Shown here: in pieces, positions 29,214 to 39,400 of the stretch | Numbering within the stretch: position 1 is the stretch's first letter | Layout: each line of letters opens with the position of its first letter | Assembly (NCBI GenBank): GCA_040260935.1 | Contig: JBDQOY010000194.1 | Span: forward strand, 717-64,716 | From: Pirellulales bacterium | GTDB lineage: Bacteria; Planctomycetota; Planctomycetia; Pirellulales; UBA1268 | Reading direction: 5' to 3' | DNA: 64,000 nucleotides | Translations under genes and position numbers: made by a program | Notes under the pieces: model-generated | What the model saw: only the letters and a program-made list of their open reading frames with translations | Database searches by the model: none | Told to the model about the DNA's origin: nothing

Positions 29214-30356
29214 TCAGTCCAACACGCCCTTGACCGGTCCCGGCTTTCGCCGCGGAGGAGGATTCGCCGGTGGAGGTGGTTTCACGCCGATCTTGTAGCC
29301 ACTAAACAGGACATGGTGATAACTCCCAGGATCACTCGGCTGCCAGCCAGCGTAAAAACCTGCTGAATCAGTCACCTTGCGGATCGCCATGTAGGCTTCG
29401 AATGAGTTTGGTTCAACGAGGTAGTTGAGATACCACTTGCCCTGATTGTTTCTTAGGACGGTCTGGAAAATCCCGCGGACAGCGTCTTGTGGCTCCTCGC
29501 CGCACTCCTCGGTGGGCTCAAGCTGCACGTTAATCCGGCTCCCATCTTTCAGTAGGATGATATCAAAATATTTGTTTTTGGCCGGATCGCTGTTGAACTC
29601 AGTAATCATCTGTTCCGCTTTTTTCGCGTCAGCAATGTAATTGCCTTCGCCCACTTGAATCCCGTTCTTTTCAATGAGGAATTTCAGGCGATCCTTAATC
29701 GCATTCTCAAGGCCCTTTCCTGGGTCGACAAATGGGATGACCTTGCCGTCTCGTACGAGCACCTTCCGCTCTTGAAGAATTTGATTGCCGTTGTTGTCAC
29801 GGGGAACATCCTTGGGCGTTGGCGGCCGAACTTCCTTGGGTGGTGGCGGCTTGGGGATCGGCGTATCTTCGAGTTTCGCGAGGATATCTTCCTTGGCGAC
29901 AATATATTTCTTTTCTTTTTCTTCCAGTTCCGCCAGTTGCCGCAGCAGTTGCTGCCGGAGCTCTTCAGCGGCCAGTTTCTTCTCCTCGGCCTCTTTTTCC
30001 TTGGCCGTCACGATCATCATGTCCTGCTTGGCCTTTTCCTCGGCGGCAGATAGCTCTTCTCTCAGCGATGCCAATAATTTCTCGGGGTCGATCTTGTCGC
30101 GATTCTCTTCCTGCTGAATGGCCTGCTGCAGTTTTTCCAGTTCTGCCTTCGCGTCCGCAGCCTGTTGATCGATCTTCTGCTGCTCAGTGGGATCGATCTT
30201 CTCGATCATCTCCTCCATCCGGCGAGCCGCCTCTTGGCTGGAGATCTGTACTGCGACCAGCACGATGACCAGAATGCCAACCACATTCGTCAAGGCATCA
30301 AGGAGGGAGTCCATGTTGCCGCCAGTTGCGGATGTCTTGCTTCGACGTCGCGCCAT
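29214..30356 (-). CDS. ExbD/TolR-like membrane anchor with a long coiled-coil and proline-rich spacer (TonB/TolA-like layout)
   Basis: MARRRSK..MDSLLDALTNVVGILVIVLVAV is a basic N-terminus followed by a single TM helix with an Asp at its cytoplasmic edge, as in ExbD/TolR/MotB. About 150 aa of Glu/Lys/Gln-rich heptad-like sequence follow, then PIPKPPPPKEVRPPTPKDVP. The C-terminal globular domain contains YLNYLVEPNSFEAYMAIRKV. The protein ends in GVLD. Confidence 0.6.
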   Translation of the reverse strand: MARRRSKTSATGGNMDSLLDALTNVVGILVIVLVAVQISSQEAARRMEEMIEKIDPTEQQKIDQQAADAKAELEKLQQAIQQEENRDKIDPEKLLASLREELSAAEEKAKQDMMIVTAKEKEAEEKKLAAEELRQQLLRQLAELEEKEKKYIVAKEDILAKLEDTPIPKPPPPKEVRPPTPKDVPRDNNGNQILQERKVLVRDGKVIPFVDPGKGLENAIKDRLKFLIEKNGIQVGEGNYIADAKKAEQMITEFNSDPAKNKYFDIILLKDGSRINVQLEPTEECGEEPQDAVRGIFQTVLRNNQGKWYLNYLVEPNSFEAYMAIRKVTDSAGFYAGWQPSDPGSYHHVLFSGYKIGVKPPPPANPPPRRKPGPVKGVLD

Positions 30357-30403
30357 TGTTTCCTCCTCTCTCTGTTGGATTCGGTCGTGGGTCAGCCCGC
30401 TGC

Positions 30404-31300
30404 CTAATCGAGCACAATCTGTCCCTCGCCGGGCAGCGGGGCCTTCCCGGTCAGCCCATCGAGCAAGGGGGCTCCATTGGGCAGCATGCCGATGACGAGT
30501 TTCTTTTCGTTGGCTTGTTCAAACTGATTGACCGCATTTTTGACACCACGGTAGGCATTGATGGCATCGGGCCGAATCAGGAACGTCACGATCGTGTCCC
30601 GTCGGTTGCGGAGCAACCCAGTCTGGCCAGCATGCGTCAGCACGTAGTCCAGCAGTTTTTTAAAGTCGGGGTTGTTGCCGATGTTTGCCAGCGGAATCTG
30701 TCGGGGCTTCTCGTCACCAAACAGGTTCTTGTAATCGAGTTTGTTGGGCAGCAACACGAGGGCAGAATTCGTTACCTCTGCAAAGAAGGGCCGCCGGACA
30801 CCGCCTTTGCCCTTATTCTCGTAAAGAATGGAAATGGACTGATCGGGCTTTTCCTTGCGTTTCTCAACCTCGCCCTCGATCCGCCGGATCTCCTTGACGA
30901 TCTGCTGAATCCCAAGCTCACGCTCCTTGACCTTGGCTAGGTCTTCTTTGTCAGGAGGTGGAGGCGGGGGCGGAATCTGCCGCAGCCGCTCACGGGCCTC
31001 CTGCTGCTGCTGAATCGCCTCGGCCAGTTGCTTTTCAGCTCGCTCAATTCGCTTGTCGCCGGCGATGCTCTCCCGCTTGAGTTTCTCAAGTTCCTTCTTC
31101 AGTTCCGCCACCGTCTGCAGATTCTGCTGCGTCTGCTTCTGGACCGCCTCTCGCTTCGCCTGTTCGGCGATTGGCTTAGTGTCGACCTGCTCGAGCACCA
31201 CCGCCGTGATGATCAGGATCAGATTGCCGATCACGCAGGCAAGAATGTCGAGAAAGGGGAAGAGGGAAACTTCCTGTTTCTTCTTCTCTCTACGAGCCAT
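30404..31300 (-). CDS. ExbD/TolR-like membrane anchor with a coiled-coil and polyproline spacer (paralogue of 29214-30356)
   Basis: MARREKKKQEVSLFPFLDILACVIGNLILIITAV matches the ExbD-type P-x-x-D TM motif. A coiled coil follows, then IPPPPPPPD. The C-terminal domain contains IVTFLIRPDAINAYRGVKNAV (ExbD-like v.i.aD...y..v). The protein ends in IVLD. Confidence 0.65.
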   Translation of the reverse strand: MARREKKKQEVSLFPFLDILACVIGNLILIITAVVLEQVDTKPIAEQAKREAVQKQTQQNLQTVAELKKELEKLKRESIAGDKRIERAEKQLAEAIQQQQEARERLRQIPPPPPPPDKEDLAKVKERELGIQQIVKEIRRIEGEVEKRKEKPDQSISILYENKGKGGVRRPFFAEVTNSALVLLPNKLDYKNLFGDEKPRQIPLANIGNNPDFKKLLDYVLTHAGQTGLLRNRRDTIVTFLIRPDAINAYRGVKNAVNQFEQANEKKLVIGMLPNGAPLLDGLTGKAPLPGEGQIVLD

Positions 31301-31372
31301 AGCGTTTACTTCCAGCGGCGGGCCGGCTGTTGCCTGGCCCGACGCGTTTCCTGGGAAAGAACTGCAGGGCGG

Positions 31373-32983
31373 TTACGACCGATAGCGGATGTTGGAGTTT
31401 TCCTCCGTCTTTGCCTTTTTGCTACCGCCCCGGCTGAACCAGCCGCGAGACGTTGTCTCGACAGTGAGGGTCTGTCCGTTGAGACGCTCAATGGTATCGG
31501 CGAGCCCGGCTAGGCTCTGCTGCAAGGAGCCGGTGTACTCCTGCACATTGCTGGCCGCCTCGGTCATCAACTCAGCGGCCCGTCCCCGCGCCTCCTGCGC
31601 TGTCGAGGTCATGGCGGCAATCTCATCCCGGGTTGACTGCACCATCTGGCCGAGTTGCTCCACCTGGCCGGCATTCTTCTCGTAGAGCCGATCATGGACA
31701 TTGCTCCAGCCCTCTTCGACTTTGGCAGCAAGTTTTTCTCCCATGCCGTCGAGGTGGCCGACGAAATTCGACAGCGACTGCTCCGTCTGGGCAATCCGCT
31801 CGGTCTGCTTCTCATCGATCTTCTTCCACGAGTCATACAAGTCGGCTGAGACGCTTTTGCCGAGGGTCTTCAGCTGCGCACCCCAGCCCTCAAGTTCCGC
31901 CCGATGAGCCTTCAGGGCGGCATTGACAACCTCCTGCATGTCTACGCGGCTGGCCGTCGGCATTGGCTGGTCGGGCCCACCCCGGCCATCTTCCAGCCGC
32001 CGCAACAGGTATTCGTTGGTGTATTCGTCAACCTCACCAATCACATCACCTTCCAGTTTCTGGAGGGCACTGACGGGGAAGGTAAGGATCATTGCCATCG
32101 CCAGAGCGACCAGCGTCGTGTCGAACGAGGTGCCCAGGCCGCCGGTGATGTTCTTGAGGCCAGACTTGAGCGACTCCATATCGCTGGAGTTGCTCAGCGT
32201 GTCGGTAAACCCGCCGACGGCGGAACTTACACCGATAACCGTGCCAAGAAACCCAAGGATCGGAATCGCCCAGATGAAGACGTGGAACATCGTGTAACTC
32301 GAGTCGACGCTCCCGGCATCGAGATCAGACTGGCTGGAGAGCATCGTGGCGGTGTCGGCTGCGCTCTTTCGCACCCGAAAGTGTTCCAGGCCGCGGACAC
32401 AGCGGGTCACCAGGAAGCTCCCGACCGCACTCTTGGGGAGTTCGCTGATGTAGGCCAGGAACTTGTCGATGTTCCGAACCGTAATTTTCTCACCAATGTC
32501 ACTGGGCAGCACATCAAATAGCATCGCCCGCTGCTGCCGTCGGATCTTGAAGAGTTTGCTGACCAGCATGCTGGCGGCCCAGCAGAAGAGAAAGACTTCG
32601 GTGTAGGGCACCCACATACCGGTCGCCATCGAAGCGGTCTCACCACCAAAGAACAGTCGCCCAAGGTAGGAACGTTTTTCCGGGGGGCCAGCGAATGGAA
32701 GCAGGAGCAGGTAGAAGACGACGGTCGCTGCCAAGCCCACCAGAATGTAGAAGCCGACACTGACATTCGTGTTTGCCGTGACCGAGAGCACCTTTGAACG
32801 GGCCGCAGCGGAATCGCTCGCGCCCTCTGTTCCGGCAGCCTGTCCTGCGGCAAGCGGTGGTGGGGAAGGCCGCTGCACAGTGATCGACCCGCGACAGTGC
32901 GGGCAACGAGCGGTGCTGCCGACAAGCTCATCACGAACCTTGAGGCTCTTCTGGCAGTGTGGGCAAGGCATGTTGAAATACAT
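31373..32983 (-). CDS. MotA/TolQ/ExbB-family proton channel protein with an N-terminal zinc ribbon and a C-terminal helical tail
   Basis: CPHCQ..x16..CPHCRG lies at the N-terminus. Two TM helices follow, then a soluble loop. The family core follows, with AIPILGFLGTVIGV and LGTSFDTTLVALAMAMILTFPVSAL. About 190 aa of helical, heptad-like sequence then run to the C-terminus. Confidence 0.75.
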   Translation of the reverse strand: MYFNMPCPHCQKSLKVRDELVGSTARCPHCRGSITVQRPSPPPLAAGQAAGTEGASDSAAARSKVLSVTANTNVSVGFYILVGLAATVVFYLLLLPFAGPPEKRSYLGRLFFGGETASMATGMWVPYTEVFLFCWAASMLVSKLFKIRRQQRAMLFDVLPSDIGEKITVRNIDKFLAYISELPKSAVGSFLVTRCVRGLEHFRVRKSAADTATMLSSQSDLDAGSVDSSYTMFHVFIWAIPILGFLGTVIGVSSAVGGFTDTLSNSSDMESLKSGLKNITGGLGTSFDTTLVALAMAMILTFPVSALQKLEGDVIGEVDEYTNEYLLRRLEDGRGGPDQPMPTASRVDMQEVVNAALKAHRAELEGWGAQLKTLGKSVSADLYDSWKKIDEKQTERIAQTEQSLSNFVGHLDGMGEKLAAKVEEGWSNVHDRLYEKNAGQVEQLGQMVQSTRDEIAAMTSTAQEARGRAAELMTEAASNVQEYTGSLQQSLAGLADTIERLNGQTLTVETTSRGWFSRGGSKKAKTEENSNIRYRS

Positions 32984-33174
32984 AACGGCGACTTCCCTGG
33001 ACGAACTCTGGACGGAACGAAGAACGGACGCAAACCTGTGAGGGAGAGCGGCTCGGCTTGTTATGGCGACTGCCCCAGGCTGCCCTGGTTTTGACCGCCC
33101 TCTCCCACTACCGTCCGCTCAGCCTATCCCGCCTGAAACAACAAGGCAACTTCCCCGGGTGGGCATGCCGCCCA

Positions 33175-34317
33175 TTACGATTTTCCGACATTCACCCACT
33201 GGTGACTCTGGGCGCTGGCCAGCACCGCATCGCAGACCTGCTGGGTTTCCAGGGCGTCGCGGAAGGTGGGCCGACAGGGCTTGCCCTTGGCGTAAGCCGC
33301 GAGAAAATCGGCTACGTGATGGACAAACGAGTGCTCATAGCCAATCGCGAGCCCCGGCACCCACCAGTTGGCCATATAGGGATGGTCACCGTCGGTGACA
33401 TGCACACTCTTCCAGCCGCGTTCGGGACCTTCGTCGCTGTAGTCAAAAATTTCGAGCCGGTGGAGATCGTGCAGATCCCACTTCAGGCTCATGTTCTCTC
33501 CGTTGATCTCAAAGGTGTAGAGCGCCTTGTGGCCCCGGGCATACCGGGTGCTTTCAAAAAGGCCCAGGGATCCATTCTGAAAATGGCAGAGGAATGAACA
33601 GGCGTCATCAATCTCGACCTTTTCCTTTTTGCCAGTCAGTTGGTGTGTCCGCTCTTTGACAAACGTTTCGGTCATCGCCGTCACATCGCTCACCGATCCA
33701 TTGAGCCAGATCGCAGTGTCGATGCAGTGGGCCAGCAGGTCACCGGTCACGCCGCTGCCAGCCGCCTTGGCGTCGAGCCGCCAGAGAGCCGCCCCGCCCT
33801 GAGGCAGGTCAGCGTTGATGGTCCAGTCTTGGAGGAAGTTCGCCCGGTAGTGGAACACGCGGCCGAGCCGGCCGGAGTCGATCAGGTGCTTGGCGAAGGT
33901 GACGGCCGGGATTCTTCGGTAGTTGTACCAGACGGTATTAGGGACCCCGGCTGCCTCGACTGCCGCGCACATCCGCTCACCTTCGGCCGTGTCCATCGAC
34001 AGCGGCTTCTCGCAGAGAATGGCCTTGCCATGTTTGGCGGCCTCAATGGCGATGTCGGCATGCAGGTTGTTCGGGGTGCAGATATCGATCGCGTCGATGT
34101 CATCAGCGGCCACCAGTTTTCGCCAGTCGGTCTCCACCCGCTGGTACCCCCAGCGGTCAGCAAAGGCCTGTGCTTTCTCGCTGTCCCGCGCACTGACCGC
34201 CTGCAGTATCGGCAGGTACTCCAGATCGAAAAAATCCTTGACCCGGTTGTAGCCATTGGAGTGGGCCCGGCCCATGAAGCCGTAGCCGATCATGCCGATG
34301 CGGAGCGGTTTTGCCAT
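33175..34317 (-). CDS. Gfo/Idh/MocA-family oxidoreductase
   Basis: [16 protein letters not shown] is the Rossmann N-terminus, and EKPLS and other family blocks are present. The product is 380 aa. Confidence 0.85.
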   Translation of the reverse strand: MAKPLRIGMIGYGFMGRAHSNGYNRVKDFFDLEYLPILQAVSARDSEKAQAFADRWGYQRVETDWRKLVAADDIDAIDICTPNNLHADIAIEAAKHGKAILCEKPLSMDTAEGERMCAAVEAAGVPNTVWYNYRRIPAVTFAKHLIDSGRLGRVFHYRANFLQDWTINADLPQGGAALWRLDAKAAGSGVTGDLLAHCIDTAIWLNGSVSDVTAMTETFVKERTHQLTGKKEKVEIDDACSFLCHFQNGSLGLFESTRYARGHKALYTFEINGENMSLKWDLHDLHRLEIFDYSDEGPERGWKSVHVTDGDHPYMANWWVPGLAIGYEHSFVHHVADFLAAYAKGKPCRPTFRDALETQQVCDAVLASAQSHQWVNVGKS

Positions 34318-34341
34318 CAGGGAGTCCTTTCGTAACTCAGG

Positions 34342-35373
<1,032 letters not shown>

Positions 35374-35767
35374 CGCGTTATTCCTTCCCGCTGTGGGCTG
35401 AGCAGATGGGTACGTGACTGTGAAAGAGTGTGAGAGCGGATCATACCCCAAAGCCGCCAGCGAACGGAGGCCTGCGCCTGCGGTCATCTCTTGCAAGCTC
35501 TTCCACGCAGGGTGCCGTATGGTCACCGAGGAATTACCCCGCTGGGACAATGTTGTATGACCGCACCCCGGGGACCGCAACCAACGTCGCAGGGCATTCA
35601 CGATCCAAGACGCTGCCCAGTCGTTTCTGCGGGGCGTGCCTGACCGGTTTCAAGCCGACACGCGACCGCCACCCGTTATCCTGCTCTTTTCCCGCCTGCG
35701 GCATAATGCGGGCTGAATCGGCGACATTCCTGCTGGCGTATCCCTGCTGAAACGTGCCTCCCCGAAC

Positions 35768-36445
35768 ATGATGGCTGAATCCCGTAAACAAGCGTCGACA
35801 GCAGTCTCTGCCGTGGTCTTTGATCTAGACGGCTTGCTGGTCAACACGGAAGAGCTCTACCAAGACGTCGGTTCGGAGTTGCTGCGGCGGCGAGGCAAGG
35901 TCTTCGCTGCCGATCTGCTCGACGCCATGATGGGCCGCCCACAGCAGGTCGCTCTCCAAATCATGATTGATTGGCACGAACTTGACGCGACGGTCGAGGC
36001 ATTGGCCGCCGAGACGGAGCAGATCTTTCAGGGCCTGCTCCCGACTCGCTTAGCAGCGATGCCCGGGGCGGTCGATCTCGTTGCGCTGGTCTCCCGTCGC
36101 GGGCTGCCCCAGGGTGTCGCGACCAGCAGCGGGCCGGCGTTCGCTCACGACGTGCTCGCACGGGTAGGACTGCTCGATCGCTTCGACTTCGTGCTGACCG
36201 CGGCTGACATTACCCAGGGCAAGCCCCATCCGGAAATCTACGAAACGGCTGCCGCGCGAGCCGGCGTGTCGGCGGCCCAGATGCTCGTCTGTGAAGATTC
36301 ACAGAATGGCTGCCGGGCGGCTGTCGCTGCCGGTGCAGTCGTCGTGGCCGTGCCAGGGGGGCATAGCCACCGCCACGACTTCACGGGCGCAGCCCTCATC
36401 GCCGACTCGCTGGCTGATCCGCGGATTCAAGCTCTGCTGGACTGA
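35768..36445 (+). CDS. HAD-family hydrolase (beta-phosphoglucomutase-like subfamily IA)
   Basis: VVFDLDGLLVNTE is motif I. TSS.. is motif II and KPHPEIY..EDSQNG are motifs III/IV. The product is 225 aa. Confidence 0.85.
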   Translation: MMAESRKQASTAVSAVVFDLDGLLVNTEELYQDVGSELLRRRGKVFAADLLDAMMGRPQQVALQIMIDWHELDATVEALAAETEQIFQGLLPTRLAAMPGAVDLVALVSRRGLPQGVATSSGPAFAHDVLARVGLLDRFDFVLTAADITQGKPHPEIYETAAARAGVSAAQMLVCEDSQNGCRAAVAAGAVVVAVPGGHSHRHDFTGAALIADSLADPRIQALLD

Positions 36446-36457
36446 CGGGCTCTCCCG

Positions 36458-39400
36458 CTAGCGACTTGTGACGGGAAGGCTTTGCGACCGGGCGGAGAAT
36501 TCGGGCGCGTACCGGCTGCGAATCGTGGCAAACCCGCTGGAGGCCTTGCCGCGGTGTGCGACGCGGAGCGAATACTCAAAGACGTGGGTGCCAGGTGGCA
36601 GTCGCTCAAAGAACAACTGCGTGCTGGCATCCCGGGTCACCTGGTACCAGCCCACACCATCGCCCCACTTCCAGCCCGAAAGCACATCGACAGGCTCCGT
36701 CAGACTCGGGCGATGATCGGCCAGTTCGAGGAACTCGTAGGCCCGGTCGCTGGTCACCACCAGCCGCACCACCAATTCGTCACCCACCTCCACTGCTGTG
36801 GTAGTCGGCACCGGCTCAAGCACAGGCCCTGCCTTGGTGAAGGTTTTCTTGAACAGGGCCTTAGTGACCGCCAATTCTGTTCGGCCTGCTGCCTCGACGT
36901 TCTCTATTTGATCAAGGTACTGCCAGTGGACACCACCAAAGGCCAGTCCACCACCCGCCGGCTTCGCAAAGGTCACCTCGGCCATGGCGGGCCCGATCTC
37001 CCGCCGCACGAAGCGGGTCTCGAAAAAGCCGGTGCCCGCCTCGGGCGCGCTTGCTCCAGCCTCCCCTGGCTTGATCGATTCACCGCCCACGGTGATCGCC
37101 ATCAGGCTTTTATCACCAAGCAGATCATGGCCCCGACCCAGCAGGACGCCGACGGCATCGGCGGTGGCCTGACTGCCCGACCAGCGGCTGGTGCGCTTCT
37201 GTTGGACGAGCCATGCCTTCATCGCCTCAACCGATGCGGCATCACCGGCCACCTCATCAAAGGCCTCAATTAAAACTGACTGGGTTTCAATCGGTGCCGC
37301 CAGCCAACTCCACCAGCCGGGATGGCGCTCTCGCCACCACATGCCCTGCCAATTCTCTTCACCACGGTCAGCAGTCTGTTCGCCCCGCGGACCACCCACC
37401 GCCCGCTGCCGCAGGCTTTCGATGATCGACAAGGCGGACTCCCGCTCGCTGTTGCGAGCCAGCGCGATTGCCAGCTGCCCTTGGCTGCGGTTGTGCGAGA
37501 GCTCGGTCCAGCTCTGCCGGCCGACCTTGACACACCAGGCATGGGCGGCGGCGGCCGGTCCTTGGAGCGGCACGTCCTTGAGGAAGAAACTTCGGGCATA
37601 GAGGGCAAAGACCCCCAGCGAGGTGAGCACAGGCTCTTCTGCGAAGGCAGCGTTGCCGGCTTTGCGGGCCCGCTCAGCCCGCCGTTCAAAGAATTCCTTT
37701 TCTTCAATCAGCCGCTGATCGATCCAGGGCACTGCTGCCAAGGCAGGGGCCACATCAATTGTCACGCCATTAGCCCGCAGCCGCCCGAAGCCGGCCGCAA
37801 TCGAAAGGGTGATTGAATCGCACGATTGGCCGCCGGGGAACCAGGGCCAGCCTCCGTCGGGGTTGCGTAGTCTGTTCAGGCGAGCGATCGCTGCGGCAAT
37901 CTCGTTTTCCACCCGGGTCTTGTCGAAAAGCAGGGCGATGCGGGCTCGGGCCTCGCGTTCGTCGGTCGCCTCACGGAACCAGGGGGTTTCCGCGAGCAGG
38001 GTTTGGACGAGGTCGCTGTTCTTCTCCAGCGGGCTTTCCAAGGCGTCGGTGCCCCGCCACTGGTCGAACACCTGCGCAATCCGCGGGTCAGCGGCGACTA
38101 GGTGTCGGGCGTAGGCGTTGGCATAGAGCCGTTGGAACAGTGTGTCGATGCTTTCGCATCCCTCTTCCATCAGGTAGGGCAGGGCCATCACCGCATACCA
38201 GGCCGGGTTGGAGACTGCCTGCACGACGAGCGACTGGTTTTCGATCGTTGCCTCTGCCTGCTGTGCCATGGCAGCGAGTTTCTCAAGACGGACGTGGCGG
38301 GTTTCTCCCCCGCGAACAGTTACGGGAATCGTCTCGGTCACCAGCACCTTGCGGGGCAGGACGGGCAGCAGGGCTTCTTCGCCGTCGCTCAGCGGTCGGG
38401 CCGATCCGGTCGTGGAGCCGGTCGCCAGATAGCGGAGCACATCGGTGCCGTCGGCAACCCGAATCGTGAAGAAGACAGCCTCGCTTGCCCCCGCCGCAAG
38501 GTCGAAGGTTCGCTCGGCCGGGCCGTCAAGGAGTGCCTCACGAGAATCATTGCTGCGGGCATCAAACAGAGCCAGCCGCACCCGGCCGGTCAGCCGCCCG
38601 GTGGAACCATTACTCACCTTGACGGGGAACTGCACCACGTCGCCCTCACGAAGGAACCGCGGTGGCTGGGGCTCGACCATCAGATCCTTGGCCGTCACGC
38701 AGGTGTCGAACAGCGTGCCGCTGCGGAGCTGCTCATCATGGGCAATCGCCTTAAACTGCCAGGTGGTCAGCGTGTCGGGCAGCGTGAACTCCAGCGTCAC
38801 GGTGCCGTTGGCGTCCGAGACCAGTGCCGGTAGGAAGAAGGCCGTCTCGGCCAGGTTGCGACGCGGGGGTGGGGCGGTGGCCGCAGCGGGCTCGGCACCG
38901 GCGGCTTGCTCTTCCGCAGCCGCCTCGGGCTCGCCCGTCGCGTTTGCCGACTCTTTCATCATGGCCCCAAGAGGTATGGCATCTGCCGCCATTGCGGCGT
39001 CCTCCATCATCATTCCCTCGGCCATCGCGGGTGCCGCCATCGCTGCCATCGGCCCCCGGCGAAACATCCGTCCGCCCATCAAGCTACCCAAGCCTCCCTG
39101 CAGCGGGGAACCAAACGGAGCCCGCAGGTGGTGGTAGGAGATCGAGACGCCCTCAAACCGCCGCGCCCAGTTACCGAAGATTGGCTGCAATTGCTGGGCA
39201 ACGTTCGTGAATTGAAGCTGCCGCGAACTTGACTCCCCGGCGAAGAGCCCGAGAAAGCCCCCCGGCCAGGCATGCGGAGCGAGTGCATCGAGGGACTGGT
39301 CGTAGAGGGTCGCCACCATTTCAGCGACGGCGGGAGCCGACGGGCCCGCCAACGGATCGGCGACGGTGCGGATGGTTGCCCGCCAGATCTCCTGGGCGGC

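Noticed and set aside
27920-32983. Calling the MotA-like operon a Zorya anti-phage system.
   Set aside because: Only the ZorA-like feature (a cytoplasmic helical tail) is present. The partners lack a ZorB-type OmpA/PG-binding domain, and no ZorC/D/E/F/G-like nuclease or helicase gene is adjacent. An equally plausible alternative is a divergent Ton/Tol-like module. The operon is left unclassified.
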